This document shows, piece after piece, positions 25,489-40,079 of a stretch of 64,000 nucleotides of DNA. This stretch comes from Owenia fusiformis (lineage: Eukaryota). Under the pieces are notes generated by a model that saw nothing but the letters and a program-made list of their open reading frames with translations, was not told the origin of the DNA and made no database searches. Position 1 is the first letter of the stretch. Each line of letters opens with the position of its first letter. The DNA lies in the NCBI GenBank assembly GCA_903813345.2, contig CAIIXF020000001.1, positions 39,680,001 to 39,744,000 on the forward strand, in the 5' to 3' direction. Both the position numbers and the translations under genes were made by a program.

Positions 25489-28400
25489 TACTCGGGGTGG
25501 AAAATTTTCTAAGAGGCTCCGTTAAGGAAAAAATGACTTTAAGAGCTGGATGGAATTTCTGTGTATTTTTTATTATATTAGGGTGCCCTGCATAAAATAT
25601 TTCGCCTGCGAAGCATATAACTCTTGCGAACATATCTAAATACTGGTCCGAAGAAGACATACCTTGAATTTTTTAGAAAAAATTGGCTAAAAATGGAAAC
25701 TACAAGAAGTCAAAATGTTCAACTCAAACAAAGTTGTAGCTATTCTATATCAATATTTTGTGCTATGTAAGGTTTCTCAGATGTTTCAAGACCTTCATTA
25801 GTATACTTGTGTCTAGAAATGTGACATTTAAGGACAAAATTTGGCATTTTTAATCATTTTCGCTTTCAGCATTAACATATAGTTCCTTATATCTCGAGTT
25901 TAATGCTGACTGGTTGTTGCATTTTTGATTAAATCTGTGCTTGTACATGTGTTCTTCCATTTAAGGTATAGAAAATGTATAGTGGATAACCAATGTTCGT
26001 ATGAGAGCTTTCAGATCTCCCCTACCCCATTTAATATGGAAAATTACCGAAAAATATGAAAAAATAAAATAACTTAAAATTATAAACTTTAACAAAGTTG
26101 TAGCTATTCTATGTCAATATTATGTGTTATTTAATGTTTTTAAGATATTTCAGAACCTATTTTCGTATACAAATGGCTAGAAATGAGACATTTAAGGACA
26201 AAACTTGGCATTTTTTTTATCATTTTAGCTTTCAGCAGTAATATATAATTCCTCATATCTTGAGTTTTATGCTGTCTGATCGTTGCATTTTCAATTAAAT
26301 CTGTTCTTGTGCATGTCTTCTTACATTTAAGGTATAAAAAATGTATAGTAGACATACAATGTTCATATTAGAGCTTTCAGACCTCCCCTTCCCCATCAAT
26401 TATGGAAAATAAACGAGAAATATGAAAAAATAAAATAACTTGAAATTATAGACTTTCATAAAGTTGTAGCTATTCTATATCAATATTTTGTGTTATGTAA
26501 GGTTTCTCAGATGTTTCAAGACCTTCATTAGTATACTTGTGTCTAGAAATGTGACATTTAAGGACAAAATTTGGCATTTTTAATCATTTTCTCTTTCAGC
26601 ATTAACATATAGTTCCTTATATCTCGAGTTTAATGCTGACTGGTTGTTGCATTTTTGATTAAATCTGTGCTTGTACACGTGTTCTTCCATTTAAGGTATA
26701 GAAAATGTATAGTGGACAACCAATGTTCGTATGAGAGCTTTCAGATCTCCCCTACCCCATTTATTAGGGAAGATGACTGGAAAATATAAAAAATAACTTC
26801 AAACTACCAGTATAAACTTTAACAAAGATGTAACTATTCTTTATGTGCTATTGATTGCTGTAATTGATGTTTCAGGACCTTCATTAGTATACTAGTGTCG
26901 AGAAATTAGACATTTAAGAACAAAATTTGGCATTTTTCATCATTTCCACCTTTAGCAATAACATATAGTTCCTTATACCTTGAGTTTTATGCTGATTGGT
27001 TGATGGATTCTTGATCAAATCTGTTCTTTTGCCTGCCAACTTTGATTTAAGGTATTTAAAAATGTATATTGGAAAGCCTGTCATTATATTAGAGCTTACA
27101 TATCTCCCCTACCCCATTTATTTTGAAAAAAATAACCAGAAATATAAAAAACCAAACAATTTCAAAGTATAGACTTTAACAAAGTTGTCGCTATTCTAGA
27201 TCAATACTATGTATCATTTGATATTTTTCAGATGTGTCAGGAACTTCATGTGTATGCAAGTCTAAAAATTAGACATTTAAAGTTGAGTTGCAAATGGGGC
27301 GGGTATTCTCTATCTTTGTCCATTGGGCTTTTCTGGTTATAATATGTTGCAAACTGCTCATGAATCTATGCAATGTATAGTACAACACTTGGAATATATT
27401 TAAAAGTAATGGGGTATAGTACTGTGATAATTATAACCAGTGATCAAGCCATATTGGTTGAATTCCCTCATATCAATATCCTAGATGCGAGTAGAAATAA
27501 TCTTGATTTAAGTCATTAAAAATTCAAAATTCAGTCAAATTGATGTCATATTTGGAATGTACATGTAAAATTACATCTAGAAATATGGTTTTGAAAAGAG
27601 TTTATCAACTTTAAAATATTAATTTTCTTTGAAAATGTGACTTCTAGGTCGGGGAGATTCCCCATAGCCCCCATGTTGTAAAATTACAAAAAGGGAAATA
27701 TCTTTTCTTGTCTTGGGCAGATAATATTTTCTTTTACTGGACATATTTTAATTTGTATAACTATCAGGTACATAAGGGTAATATGAAAAGTGAACCACTA
27801 AAACTGATAAATATTCAAGTTTAAGGGAATTTTGTAATACCCTGCCATGTTATTTCCCCCGAATCAGCCACCTGGTGGTGAAACTGGTAACTACCTACTT
27901 GCATCTGAGTAATTGTAATGTTGTCAAAGGCTTGGTGATTTCCATATTACACCTAGGGGTGGTGTAATTAGGAAGTTCATGATGGATATTGGGCTTGGGG
28001 ATATTTTGGTAAATGTAAACATTGTGAAATGAAGAACAGCCAACAAGATGATTTTGGAAAGGATTACAAAATGGTAAGCTGTCTTTGGTTTGTGAAGCAA
28101 TGTTACTAAAATGGGATGAATTTCACTTATGGCAGAGCTGCTATTGAACTTTGCAAAACTGATAGTTGCAACTTATCTATCAAATACTGATCATGAAGAA
28201 GTTGACACTCTCCTTATGGCCCATGTCTGTTACAGTGCTGCAGACAAGACAAAGGAGTTCAATGTTGAGAGAATTTGTATTCAGTCTGATCGATGATACA
28301 GAATGTTGCTTGCAAAGAAGGATGAGAGTTAAAAAGAGCTCTTAAAGTTTCTTATGTCCTTCAAGGTAGCATTCTAAATTACTATATGAATCTCAAAGTG

Positions 28401-31107
28401 CAATACCTATTTGAAGATATATCAAAGATGGGTGTCTTGTACCAGTACTCACAAACAAACCTTCGTAGCAACACAAGAAACATATGTCCTTGGCAATTCG
28501 GAAATGTAAAATGGCAAAAGGCACCGAAAATTGCAAATACAAAGTTTCTAGTCAAGGGTGTATTGCTACTTGTCCATGAGGCAATGAACAACATAGTGCA
28601 CATTGTTGGACAATATTTAAGGATGAGTTTCTCAGAACTATAAAAATTATTTAGAGATCTTACATATCTGAATATATAGCTTGTGGTGTCATGAGCAACT
28701 TAGACCTTTAAAATGACTTAAATGCAGCTCTAACATAGAACCAGGGAGATTTGAAAAATCAGGCTGTTGCTGGATTAAGTTCGAGAGTTGTGAACAATCA
28801 TGTTTATATATAGACATATCCTTTGATTCATATGAGAGTAAACTGTGAAATTACAAAATTATTTCACATTATTCTATTTTTGAGTAATCTTTTAAAAATA
28901 TGGTAGTGTAGTAATTTTATCTCTAATATGTATATTTGTGTTTAAAACACATTTTCCATGCTTTGAAGATAACAAGACACATAATTGAATATATATGATC
29001 TAAAATATATCAACTAATCACCATCCAACTAAAAATATAAACAACTATTGCTGAAAGTGAAAAATTGGTCATTTTGCCCATTTATGTGTCATTTTTTTTA
29101 TTTTAGTGTGCTAATAAATGTGCTAAACTTTTGAAAAGTTTAAGAATGTTAACATGCAATAATAACATTTGTGTTGTTTTTCTATTTATTGGTGGAGGGC
29201 AGATCTTAGACCTCTAATAAAAACATTCGTTGTCTTACATACATTTTCTTTAACTTAAATCAGAGAAGACAGATTCAATAAAAAGCATATATGAATCTAT
29301 CATCAAAGAATTATAATTGTGGAAAATTATATGATACTGCTAAAAGCAGATTGCTAAAAATGCCAAATTTTAGACACATGTAATCAAATGAAGGTTACAT
29401 TAAATAATACATAGTATTGATAGAGAATAGCTACAATTTTGTTAAAGTTAATGATTGGAAATTACTTTTTCATTTATATTATAAATGGGGCAGGGGAGAC
29501 ATGAAAGCTATAATATCAACATTGGTTGTCCAATATACATTTTCTATATCCTAAATGGAAGAAGACATGTACAAGAACAGATCTGACAAAGAATGCACCA
29601 ACCAGTCAGCATAAAACTCAAGATATAGGGACATATGTGTTATTGCTGAAAGCGAAAATGAAAAAAAGCCAAGTTTTGTCCTTAAATATCTCATTTCTAG
29701 GCATTAGAATACTAATGAGGGTCCTGAAACATCAGAAAAAGATTAAATAATACATAGTATCGACATAAAATAGGTACAACTTTGTAAAAGTTCATAATTT
29801 GAAGTTATTTTACTTTTTATTAATATTTCCGGTCATTTTTCCTAATAAATGGGGTAGGGGAGATCTGAAAGCTCTACTATGAACATTGGTCATCCACTAT
29901 ACATTTTTTATATCTGAAATGAAAGAAGACATCTACAAGAACAACTTTGACTAAGAATGCACCAACCAGTCAGCATTAAACTCAAGATATAAGGACCTAT
30001 ATGTTATTGCTGAAAGCGAAAATGGAGAGAAAGGCCATGTTTTGTCCTTAAATGTCTCATTTCTAGGCACTAGTTTACCAATAAAGGTTCTGAAATATCT
30101 AAAAAACATTAAATAACACATAATATTGATATAGAATAGCTACAACTTTATTAAAGTTTATAGTTTCAAGTTATTTTATATTTTCATATTTTTCATGATA
30201 AATGAAATGGGGTAGGGGAGATCTGAAAGCTCTAATATGAACATTGTTTGTCCACTATACATTTCCTATACCTTAAATGGAAGAAGATATCTACAAGAAC
30301 AGATTTGATTAAAATTGCAACAACCAGTAAGCATAAAACTCAATATATGAGGAACTATATGTTACTGCTGAAAGCCAAAATGATTTTAAAAAATGCCAAG
30401 TTTTGTCCTTAAATGTCTCATTTCTAGGCACTTGTATACCAATAAAGGTTCTGAAATATCTGAAAACCATTAAATAATACATAATATTGATATAGAATAG
30501 CTACAACATTGTTAAAGTTTATAAATTCAAGTTATTTTATATTTTCATATGTTTCAGTAATTTTTCATAATAAATGGGGTAGGGGAGATCTGAAAGCTCT
30601 AATATGACCATTTGTGGTCCAATATACATTTTTTGTATCTTAAATGGAAGAAGACATGTACAAGCACAGATTTAATCAAAATTGCAACAACCAGTCAACA
30701 TTAAACTCAAGATATAAGGAACTATATGTTACTGCTGAAAGCGAATATGATCAAAAATGCCAAATTTTGTCCTTAATTATCTTAGTTCTAGACACTAGTA
30801 CACTAATGAAGATCCTTAAACATCTGAAAAACATTAAATAATACATAGTGTTAATATTAAATAGCTAGAATTTTGTTTGAGTTGAACGTTTTGACTTTTT
30901 GTAGTTTCCATTTTTAGCCAATTTTTTTCTAAAAAATTCAAGGTATGTCTTCTTCGGACCAATATTTAGATATGTTCGCAAGAGTTCTATGCTTCGCAGG
31001 CGAAATCCCTTATGCAGGAAACCTTAATAGAATGAAAAATACAGAGAAACTCCATCCAGCTCACAAAGTCATTTTCTGCACAATTCTCACACCTTCCACC
31101 CCGAGTA
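25489..31107 (+). mobile_element. Decayed Academ (AcademX-type) DNA transposon with ~1.8-2 kb tandem-repeat TIRs
   Basis: ATC|TACTCGGGGTGGAA ... TTCCACCCCGAGTA|ATC (3-bp TSD, TA termini). The long TIRs are built of ~360-bp units. Central remnants: GVIRKFMMDIGLGDILV (27961), TDHEEVDTLLMAHV (HEEADT motif of the XPG-like domain, 28192) and a degenerate Cys-rich tail IRKCKMAKGTENCKYKVSSQGCIATCP (~28495-28580). Confidence 0.85.
27479..27909 (-). mobile_element. ~430-bp MITE nested in the Academ element
   Basis: Subterminal inverted repeat AGATGCGAGTAG/CTACTTGCATCT, with TA on both flanks. It is an inverted homolog of 42742-43160. Confidence 0.85.
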
Positions 31108-32707
31108 ATCTGTAATGGGTCTAACTACGAAATACCAAATTAAATTTCACATATTGTATGTAAGTTAAAGGATGGATTATCTGATCATGAATGAGTGCGT
31201 TGCAAATAATGAAAAATCCCATCCTTGATCTATTTTCTAACATTTTTCTAAAACATTTTAAATCTTTTGTGGGGTGATTCTTGAAGATTTTAGAGGATTC
31301 TCTATGTGTGTTTTCTAAGTGGTGTTATTACTTTCCCAATAAATCTAAAATTTACCAAATATTGAGGTATCGAAAGGTCATTTTGAGAATTTTTGAAAAA
31401 TCAGTATATCGATAAAAACAAAATCCACTTATCCCCTTATGGATAGCCTACTTATATATACCAATCAAAAGGTTATGATCTGAATTACTAAAATATCTTT
31501 AGAATTTGCAAAGAAGAATAACTTGTCATAGTAATGGTAATTTTTGGTCAAAAGGTCATTCTTGAGTTTTTTTCATTAAGGAAGGACAAACTTATAACGT
31601 ATGCAAGCTAAATGGAATGACTTTTTCATTATTCATGGGCTTTACTGAGGTATATGATCGAGGTATCAAAAAGTCATTTTGGGTCAAAGTGACACTTTCA
31701 GGTTAAAGATAAAATAAAGTGATCATCTTCACCGTGATCTTAAGTGCAATATTTACATATATCAATCAAAAAGTTATGACTTCTCCATTTTAAAGAAATA
31801 CTAAACTAAGAAGATTTTCCTCATTATAAAATGAATATTCCGAAGATAAAATTGGTAATAGAAACTACTAAATCAGTTTGTGTATTATTTATACTCTAAA
31901 CATGCTAGAGGCAATCCTTTGAAAAACAAAACCTAGCCAAAATTGGGGCCACCCTGTATTATTGAGTCACATAAAAATCAATCTATTTCTACAGATTTTT
32001 ATGATAGTTTTATATTTATTACATATTTTGCGTAAACAGAATGCATAATTTACTACTAAACGCTCAAACTTTCCTATTTGTGAATGATAATTACGACATT
32101 CTCTTTCGTGGACTTCCTGTTAAACTTGTGATAACTGATAACACCACCTGTTCAAAACGATACCACAATCGACTTTCCATTAAGATATTATTTTTGTATA
32201 ATATACCACTCCATCACATTGTTCGTCATGCTATGATAACATACTGAAAAGGCATTAGTAGTGCTGGTGATCGAACCTGAAACATCTCATTCATACTTAT
32301 CGTTTTGACGTCACATCATATAAACATGACATCAATAGAAACATTGACACATATTTCTACTTATTGTATTTGTTTTTGGCCACTATATATCAGGTATATC
32401 GACAGTAAAATCATCAGCACATAATAGAGCAACGTTTACATCGTCATTAAGGTATCTCTTGGGACAAAATTCAACACCAAAACAACAATAATTGTTCCCA
32501 TCAAGGCTTTTGAGAATCTTTTACAAATCTATATTAAACAACAATTTTTATTCTGGAAATGTGTCATTGTGGTGATAAATGATACGATACAATACAATAT
32601 CATTCTTTGCATATTCACTCCACTTTCTTCAAATTCCTCCATTGTACATTTAATTCATTTCAAAAAGACTTCAATTATTGTGTATAACACCACCTGATAC
32701 ACAATGA

Positions 32708-32907
32708 TATTTCTAGTATGCTAATCATGTTGCTATAGTAACAATAATTATCCATTGTGACATTAGATGACAATGAGACTGTTTTATCCAACCCAAAATT
32801 ACATTCCCCATTTACCTTGAAAATCTCTAGTAAATTGGTTGAAAAATAATGAAATGACAGATAAATTCCCAGAACTTAGTGATCACCCTGTATTTCTAGT
32901 ATGCTAA
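32708..32907. mobile_element. Single Tc1/mariner-type end flanked by a 17-bp direct repeat
   Basis: tatttctagtatgctaa at 32708-32724 and 32891-32907 encloses 166 bp ending in ACTTAGTGATCACCCTG. Confidence 0.7.
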
Positions 32908-35900
32908 AACTGACGTAGTTAACATAACATATGCAATAGACATTGTTTTAGAATGCATTCTGATACCAATCACATCTCTGTTTTAAGCGAAAGGAACTGA
33001 TAGGAGGCAATGGTTACTCATGATGCTTAAATGTGACTTCCAAAAGATGTCAGAACCATGTTTAAATGTTTAAAACCAAATTGACTTGCAGATTAGATTT
33101 TTAATTAATTAATTAAGAAATTCGATTATCTGTAATATTTTAGTTTCTTATGTCAGCCATACTATGAATTTTCAGGAATGTCACTGCTCAACTGCATGTA
33201 CTCGTATGTGTACATGCTATGGACATTCCAAGAAATAAAATCTGACTAAAACATTTGATATGTCTATGTACATAGTTCGCAATGTGTTTTTTATTTTGAA
33301 GCATCATTCTGGAAGACGTATTATCGATGTAAAACTTTGGTGAACATTTATAGTCAATGCTGCAATTAGAAATCATACAATGCATTGATCAGTGAGGCAG
33401 ATTGGGAGAATCTGTACTGTATCAATTGCGAAATTGAATAAATATCTTCGAGGGATCTATCTTGAAAAGCCGATTGAGATTGCCTAGTGACACTGTGAGT
33501 GAAGGTATTCTTTTACAAAATGCATTTCTCTCAAGTGACTTTTCAAACTCCATTTCATCAGAAGATTTTTCAATGGAAGATGGATTTCGATTTGCAATGC
33601 TTATGATTTGCTCCATTTAGTATTTGGAACACACATCATTAACCAATGAAGTGTTCGTATAGGCAATTTACCGATTACAAAGTCGTCCATTTCTCACTTC
33701 CATTTGGTCCATTAGAAAATCTCCTGGTTCTTTCTTTCATACTTCTCCATCAATCATGCAATTGTCAGGTTAAGTATACGGATATTCTACCGTTATAGCA
33801 ATCTTTTGAATAAGTCAAATTCAATTACCATTTTAGTAATCATACCTTTTAGTCTATAGACGAAGGAGCTATTTCTGGCCCGAGCAATATGAACTGTCTC
33901 TTGTGAAATTACACCGGCAGATTACAAAACTTCAAGTCGTCAATTATAAGTGTTCAATTAAGTTGACCGAGGATTTGAACGAGCTATTGATATGTCTCTG
34001 TAGTGTAATAAAATCGACTTCATTAAGACAAAGCTTGATCATTGTCATCTTATCCATCACGCTACTGTATTAGCCTCCGTCCAAAACTGTCCGGAAATAG
34101 ACCCAAAACTACTAGATCAGTACATGTGACTGTACTTGTATAAAATGAGCAATTCTTTCTTCATGGATTTTTAATTGAAGAGAATAATTTTTCTTACATC
34201 AAGTTTATATTCATATGGACTTGATTCGAGACAGGACCACTTATCTCAGACAGTTTCACTTAGTGTTGTTAAAAAAATGACAGACTTCATTTTGAATCAG
34301 TTCTCTGTAGAATTGCGAACAAATAAAAAACGTGCACTACTTACATCAATGTAGAATAGCTAAATCATCCATCCGTAACCTGAGCAGGTATTATGATGAA
34401 AATTTGAGACAAATTTATATTTGTGTTACAATGAAAAATTAACCAAGGTGAAATGGAAGTAAAACCTAGATTATAAATGCCACATAAGCATGATGAGTAA
34501 GATTCAATGTTTTTACAGTGACGATAGTGTTGACTGGTAAACAGCTATAGATTGCCCAATATATTTACCACTCTGATGCAATAAACGCTGCATGTGTCAA
34601 TGCTTTATCTATTATCATTGTCAATGACAAACACACTAAGCCTTTTTTATGCCTTTTTATTATTTTAAAAAACCACACTAAGCCTTATTTCCTTATATAC
34701 CCAATTTGTAAGTACCCCTGGCACATGACCTGCAATACATTGTGATAGTAAGATTTTCAACAACCTTGTTATATAGTTAGTTGCAATTGTATTATGTCCA
34801 TCTTAATGCCGTTTTAATCAGAAATAAAAAAGGTATATTTCTCGAGGTTCCAATGTATGCATGACTATTATAGACTAACAATTTGTGTTCAAGAAAAGAA
34901 AGAGACGACGCTTGGAAGTATTTAGATTAATACAACTGAAGTCAACTCAACCTTTCTTTCAGCACCGCAATATATCAAGATATGATAATCACGACAGTGG
35001 ATATTTGCCTTAATTTAGATTACGCGTATTAATTCAGCTATTATTTTATCTCCTGACCTTTTTTGATGAGCACTAAAACCTCCATTGATATACATTTGCG
35101 TGATGATCTGTACTTAAAAAAACAAAAAACTACAACATATTTTGTGCACGGGGGTTTTAAAGGGATCGGACAAAATGACACTGATGCACTCTCCGCAACG
35201 ATAAATAATACAACGTACTTTTGTAAGTCAAAACATATTCTATCATCACAATAGAGGGAAGAGAGAATAAATGATCATAGTATTGTTATTTAGTATATTA
35301 CTTTGAAGAACAACTGAACAAATTTGGCTTTCTCTAGAGACAATGATATATTGCTTCATTTTAGGCTTTTATTTGATATTGAACACTTTGATGTGAACTC
35401 GCAAATTCAATAATTCAATTACCAATTTTGTTGTTAACAATCGAAAGTGCTAGTGTGCAATCGAAATATATGGGAATTAAACTTGCTTTTGATGAGGTTC
35501 CATGCATTGTTTTCATGACAAAGCTCTTTATTCAGATGTATTAAAACTGGTGAAGTTCAAATTGCATACCTCTTGTCAGACTTCCCGAATGAACTATATA
35601 CAATTTACAACGACAGGCCGGGTAGCCGTAAGGTTAGTCCATTACATCCCTCTTGCAATGGCGTGGCCGAGGTATCAAATACGACGATGTATTTGGATGC
35701 AATAAACTCCTCACTGGGGTGCAACCAGATAAGTCGTGCATCGTATCTCTGGTCACAAACTCCCTATTTTCTGAACAGAAATATTCAAAAGATGATTTAG
35801 AGGAGAGAAAAAATGTGACGAATTGTGAATATAATTTTTACACGTTTAATGTCAGCATGGCGTAACCGGATATCATTGCATGATAGCAGATTTTAAAAAT

Positions 35901-36439
35901 GCCTGAAACTGATTTAACTGAAAAACTTTTTCTATCGAATGTAATGTAGAAATACAGTGTATGGTCATGATCGAAAATTATAACATTTGCACTAAATGGC
36001 AGGAACGAAACCCAAATAATTGGAAATAAAAAAAATAATCGAAGAAGAGGTAGGAACCTTTGTGTTGTATACTTGTCGTTCAGGATGTCATACACTTTTA
36101 AATTATTGAAGAGGGACAAAAGTGCGCATCGATATCTAAAAATTTATACTAACTGATTACTAAGCCAAGAGGAATGTTTATGTCCTGACTATTCCAAGTC
36201 TGTCATATATTGAATTTTTTCTTTATTAATCGAGGCCTTTCATATTTCTTTAATGAATAGTTCATTAACTGCCGTTAAGTTACCTGACTCTGATTTCCTG
36301 TAATGATTTTCAACATTCCATCGTGTGAAGACTATTGACTTTGCATCTTATCTATATCTTGCTTTCAAACGATTGTTGCTTGACTAGTAATACTACACAT
36401 ATCATTTTCTTGGAAACCATCATTACATGTGATTACATA

Positions 36440-36710
36440 TACTTCTGTGTTTTGAGGACTAGTGGCAGCTATTTGAATTTTTAGTATTAGTACATGCATC
36501 CAATTTTTAGTAACAGTGAATGCTTCCATATCCTTTTGTGTTGGTTTCTAGTGAATGCTTTCACATACATTAGTGTTTGATCGACTAAATTGACAGCTAT
36601 TTGAATTTCTAGTAACATTGAATGCTACCAAATACTTTTGTGTTTTGGACGACTAAATTGACAATTATTTAGAATTTCTAGTAATAGTGAATGTTTCCGC
36701 ATACTTCTGT
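36440..36710. repeat. Degenerate ~65-70 bp tandem repeat
   Basis: Recurrent gactaaattgaca..tatttgaatttctagtaa..gtgaatg..atacttttgtgttt units. Confidence 0.7.
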
Positions 36711-38567
36711 TTATTTTCTTTCATAACTTCACACACACATACAACCCAGAAAAGGGGAACACACTGCAATTTCATCGAATGTTGTTGAATTGTCAGTATC
36801 ACTTGCTCTATGAATATTGTGTTTATACACGATATGAAATGATGTAATAATGCAATGTTTATTCATTAGGGAGGCTTTGATCCGTGAAATTGATTGAACT
36901 TGAAGTTTTAATGTTAGTCTTAGTAAACCTCATCACAATGTATCATTGGCATTCAGCAGGAAAGCTCAACCAAACGAAATTAATTTTCTATTTGCGTTAT
37001 CGTCTCGCTGGAACTTAAAACTTTTTAAATACACTATGTAAAAACTAATAATGTGTGGCCTGATATCGCCTGGGAATATGGACAGCGTTAGGTTTATTTT
37101 AAAATGTAGGAGTGAACATGGAAAGACATTTGAAATTGATCTAATAGCTGACATCACATATTGTTGGAAATGTACGTCACATGAAGTTATTCGGAACGTT
37201 TTAACAATATAATTAATAATGATGCTGTATTTTTCATGTGTAACTAAATCATTTATGATCTCCACATTACATTTATCGTTTAACATTGAAAGTGTCACCT
37301 CTTATGATTTGATGTTGGGTTAGTGTTTAAAGTTGCAATGTCGTCCAAATTTTTGGTTTGTGAAAAGTGATCAAGTATTGGTTGTGTATCAAATGATTGC
37401 TATAACATACACCAACCTTCGTAATATTGTCATTTGAAAACGATCGTGTTATGTTCCTTAACGTTACGATTCAAGTCTTAATCTGTTCTTTTTCCATTCT
37501 TGATCTTATTGATATTTTATCTAAAAGCCAAATTGAGGAAGAATAGGCCTGCATGTCAGACTACGATTACCGGTTTGTAGGATATGTGACTATAGGCACA
37601 GCAAAATCAATATACTCATGAGATAAATTGCTTTTGTTGTCAGTATATGTTTTGACAGGTTCTATGAATTTACAGTGTTGTTTGTTTTGTTTGCTTCCTC
37701 GTGTTATCCCTAGTGATTTCTCATTACCATATTTAGTCATAGAATCTAATTGTCTGCTAATATCAGTGACTAATATGAAATACCGCAACAAAATAATCCA
37801 GATTTTGAAACATTATTGGGACGTTGTATCAGTACTAAAAGTCAAATGGATCCTAATGAATTCTTTGTTTTAGTTGTAACTATAGCCGAAAATTGAAAGT
37901 GCATATTCAAAGATTATCATAAGATCATTTTCCATGATGCTATTTTTGACAAGGTGATCTGATCAACCCCTGATCTTACCCCCAAATCAAAAACCTCCCC
38001 TACACCCCCTCAAGGTTATCATTTCCATGTATTATACTAGCGGATAGTGAGACAAACCCTAAGAATGCATGAATGGTTAAAATAAATGAAAATGTAAAAG
38101 CTACAATTATAGATGACACTTTGCAGCATAATCTGATAATTATAGTACTGTTTTTGATACTTCTTTAATAACATGAAAATTCTAACAAGGGGAACTCGCA
38201 ATGTATCACACTCTAAATGGTTTTCGATTGATATTTCTGCGACTGTAAACCAAACTTTGATTTGCATCGATGGTTGTATTGGTATTTGTATGCAGTGGTC
38301 AATACTACAAGGAGCCACTAATTGCTATACAAACACTTCTTTGATCAATTATAACTGTAGAAAATGAAATCCTAACCCACATGTATTTGTAGAAAACTGG
38401 ATAAATCTTATTCTGATAATACAATTGATTTACTGACGGCTTTATCTAGTTTTGGATACTATATCAATTCAGTTAACCCTACAACGTTTCAAGATCTTTC
38501 ATTTTATTGTTACATGGAATTATCCGTTGAACATTGATTTATATAAAAATGTACATACAGGCTAAGT

Positions 38568-39584
38568 CACGCCCGGTGATCGTGAAAATGGGACGGAGGG
38601 GGGAGCAGGCAATTTCCGCTAGAAAATTCAACAAATCTTGTAAAATTATTTTTTCAAGACAGAGTTTACGATTGAATTGCAAATTGAATAAGCGCACGGT
38701 ATGATAAAATATTTTAGGTATTCTAGGATTATTTTTCAACCGATACTCTTTTAAGATATAAGATCTATTAAAAAAGGCGCAACGCAACCAACGTGCAAAA
38801 CTCAACGTTTTTGCTATAAATCAAGCAACAATGGACTACACGACCTGTAATAAATACTTGTAAGTGATGTTATCATAACTAAATTAATGTCATTGCTGAA
38901 TTTATAAAATAAGTTTCCATACGTAAAATAAAAAATAATCGAAAATAATTAAAATGGGACGGAGGGGGGAGGGGACGGAGGGGGGAGTAATAATTCTATA
39001 AAGTGAAACAACTTCACATGAATTCTTGTATTTGAAAAATGAACTCATTAACTTAGTAAGAAACTGGATGATATACCCCTGGAGACTGAAAAATGGGGAC
39101 ATTTGGAGTAAAAGGACTTAAAGTCGCGAAACATCTCTAATCATGTCTTGTATACATATTGCTCCCCCCCCTCCGTCCCCTCCCCCCTCCGTCCCAAATT
39201 CATTATTTTCGATTATTTTTTATTTCACATATGGAAACTTATTTTATAAATTCAGCAATGACATTAATTTAGTTATGATAACATCACTTACAAGTATTTA
39301 TTACAGGTCGTCCAGACCATTGTTGCTTGATTTATAGCAAAAACGTTGATTTGTGCCTGTTGATGGCCTTGCGCCTTTTTTAATAGATCTCATGCATTAG
39401 ATGCGTATCGTTTCAGAAAAAATCCCAGAAAACCTAACATATTCTACCATACCGTGCGCCTGTCCATTTAGCAATTCAATAGTAAACTTTTTCTTGAAAA
39501 AATAAATCTTCCAGATTTGTTGAATTTCCTAGCAGAAATTGCCTGCTCCCCCCCTCCGTCCCATATTCACGATCACCGGGCGTG
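38568..39584. mobile_element. Palindromic MITE with CAC termini and 5-bp TSD (Transib-like)
   Basis: TAAGT|CACGCCCGGTGATCGTGAA ... TTCACGATCACCGGGCGTG|TAAGT. It has ~420-bp inverted arms around a ~165-bp spacer, with GGGACGGAGGGGGG three times per arm. Confidence 0.85.
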
Positions 39585-40079
39585 TAAGTAGTAATTAGTA
39601 GTTCATATTCATAGATGACAGTTATTCCGTCATATTGATGTGGGGTCACCAGAAGGACTTACTTTTTAGGCATATCCGCATGATCAGAAATTTCAATGGA
39701 TTGGAGTCAATGGAGTCCCATGGTTTTTCCATGGACACATATAACTTATTCCATATATCTTTCAGTCTTGCACAAGGAGTAATTCAAAGTCCGAGATAAC
39801 TAGTTGAGAATTTAAAAGGGGAAAAATCAGTGACGTACATTTTGTACTCTAAAAATGTAGGTCACTGAATTTTCGAAAATTTCATTGTAATTTCAAATGT
39901 AAAAGTCTGAATGTACAAACATTGAAAGTGTGCCACTTTGTATACCATATAATTTTTTTCGAATAATCGTTTACCGATGAAAAAGAAATTAGAAATAGTT
40001 TGTTTATCGTATGTGCCTGTTAGAAATCGAATAAACATTTGCACACTGTGTCCTGTGTCTGCACCGTTATCCATTGATA

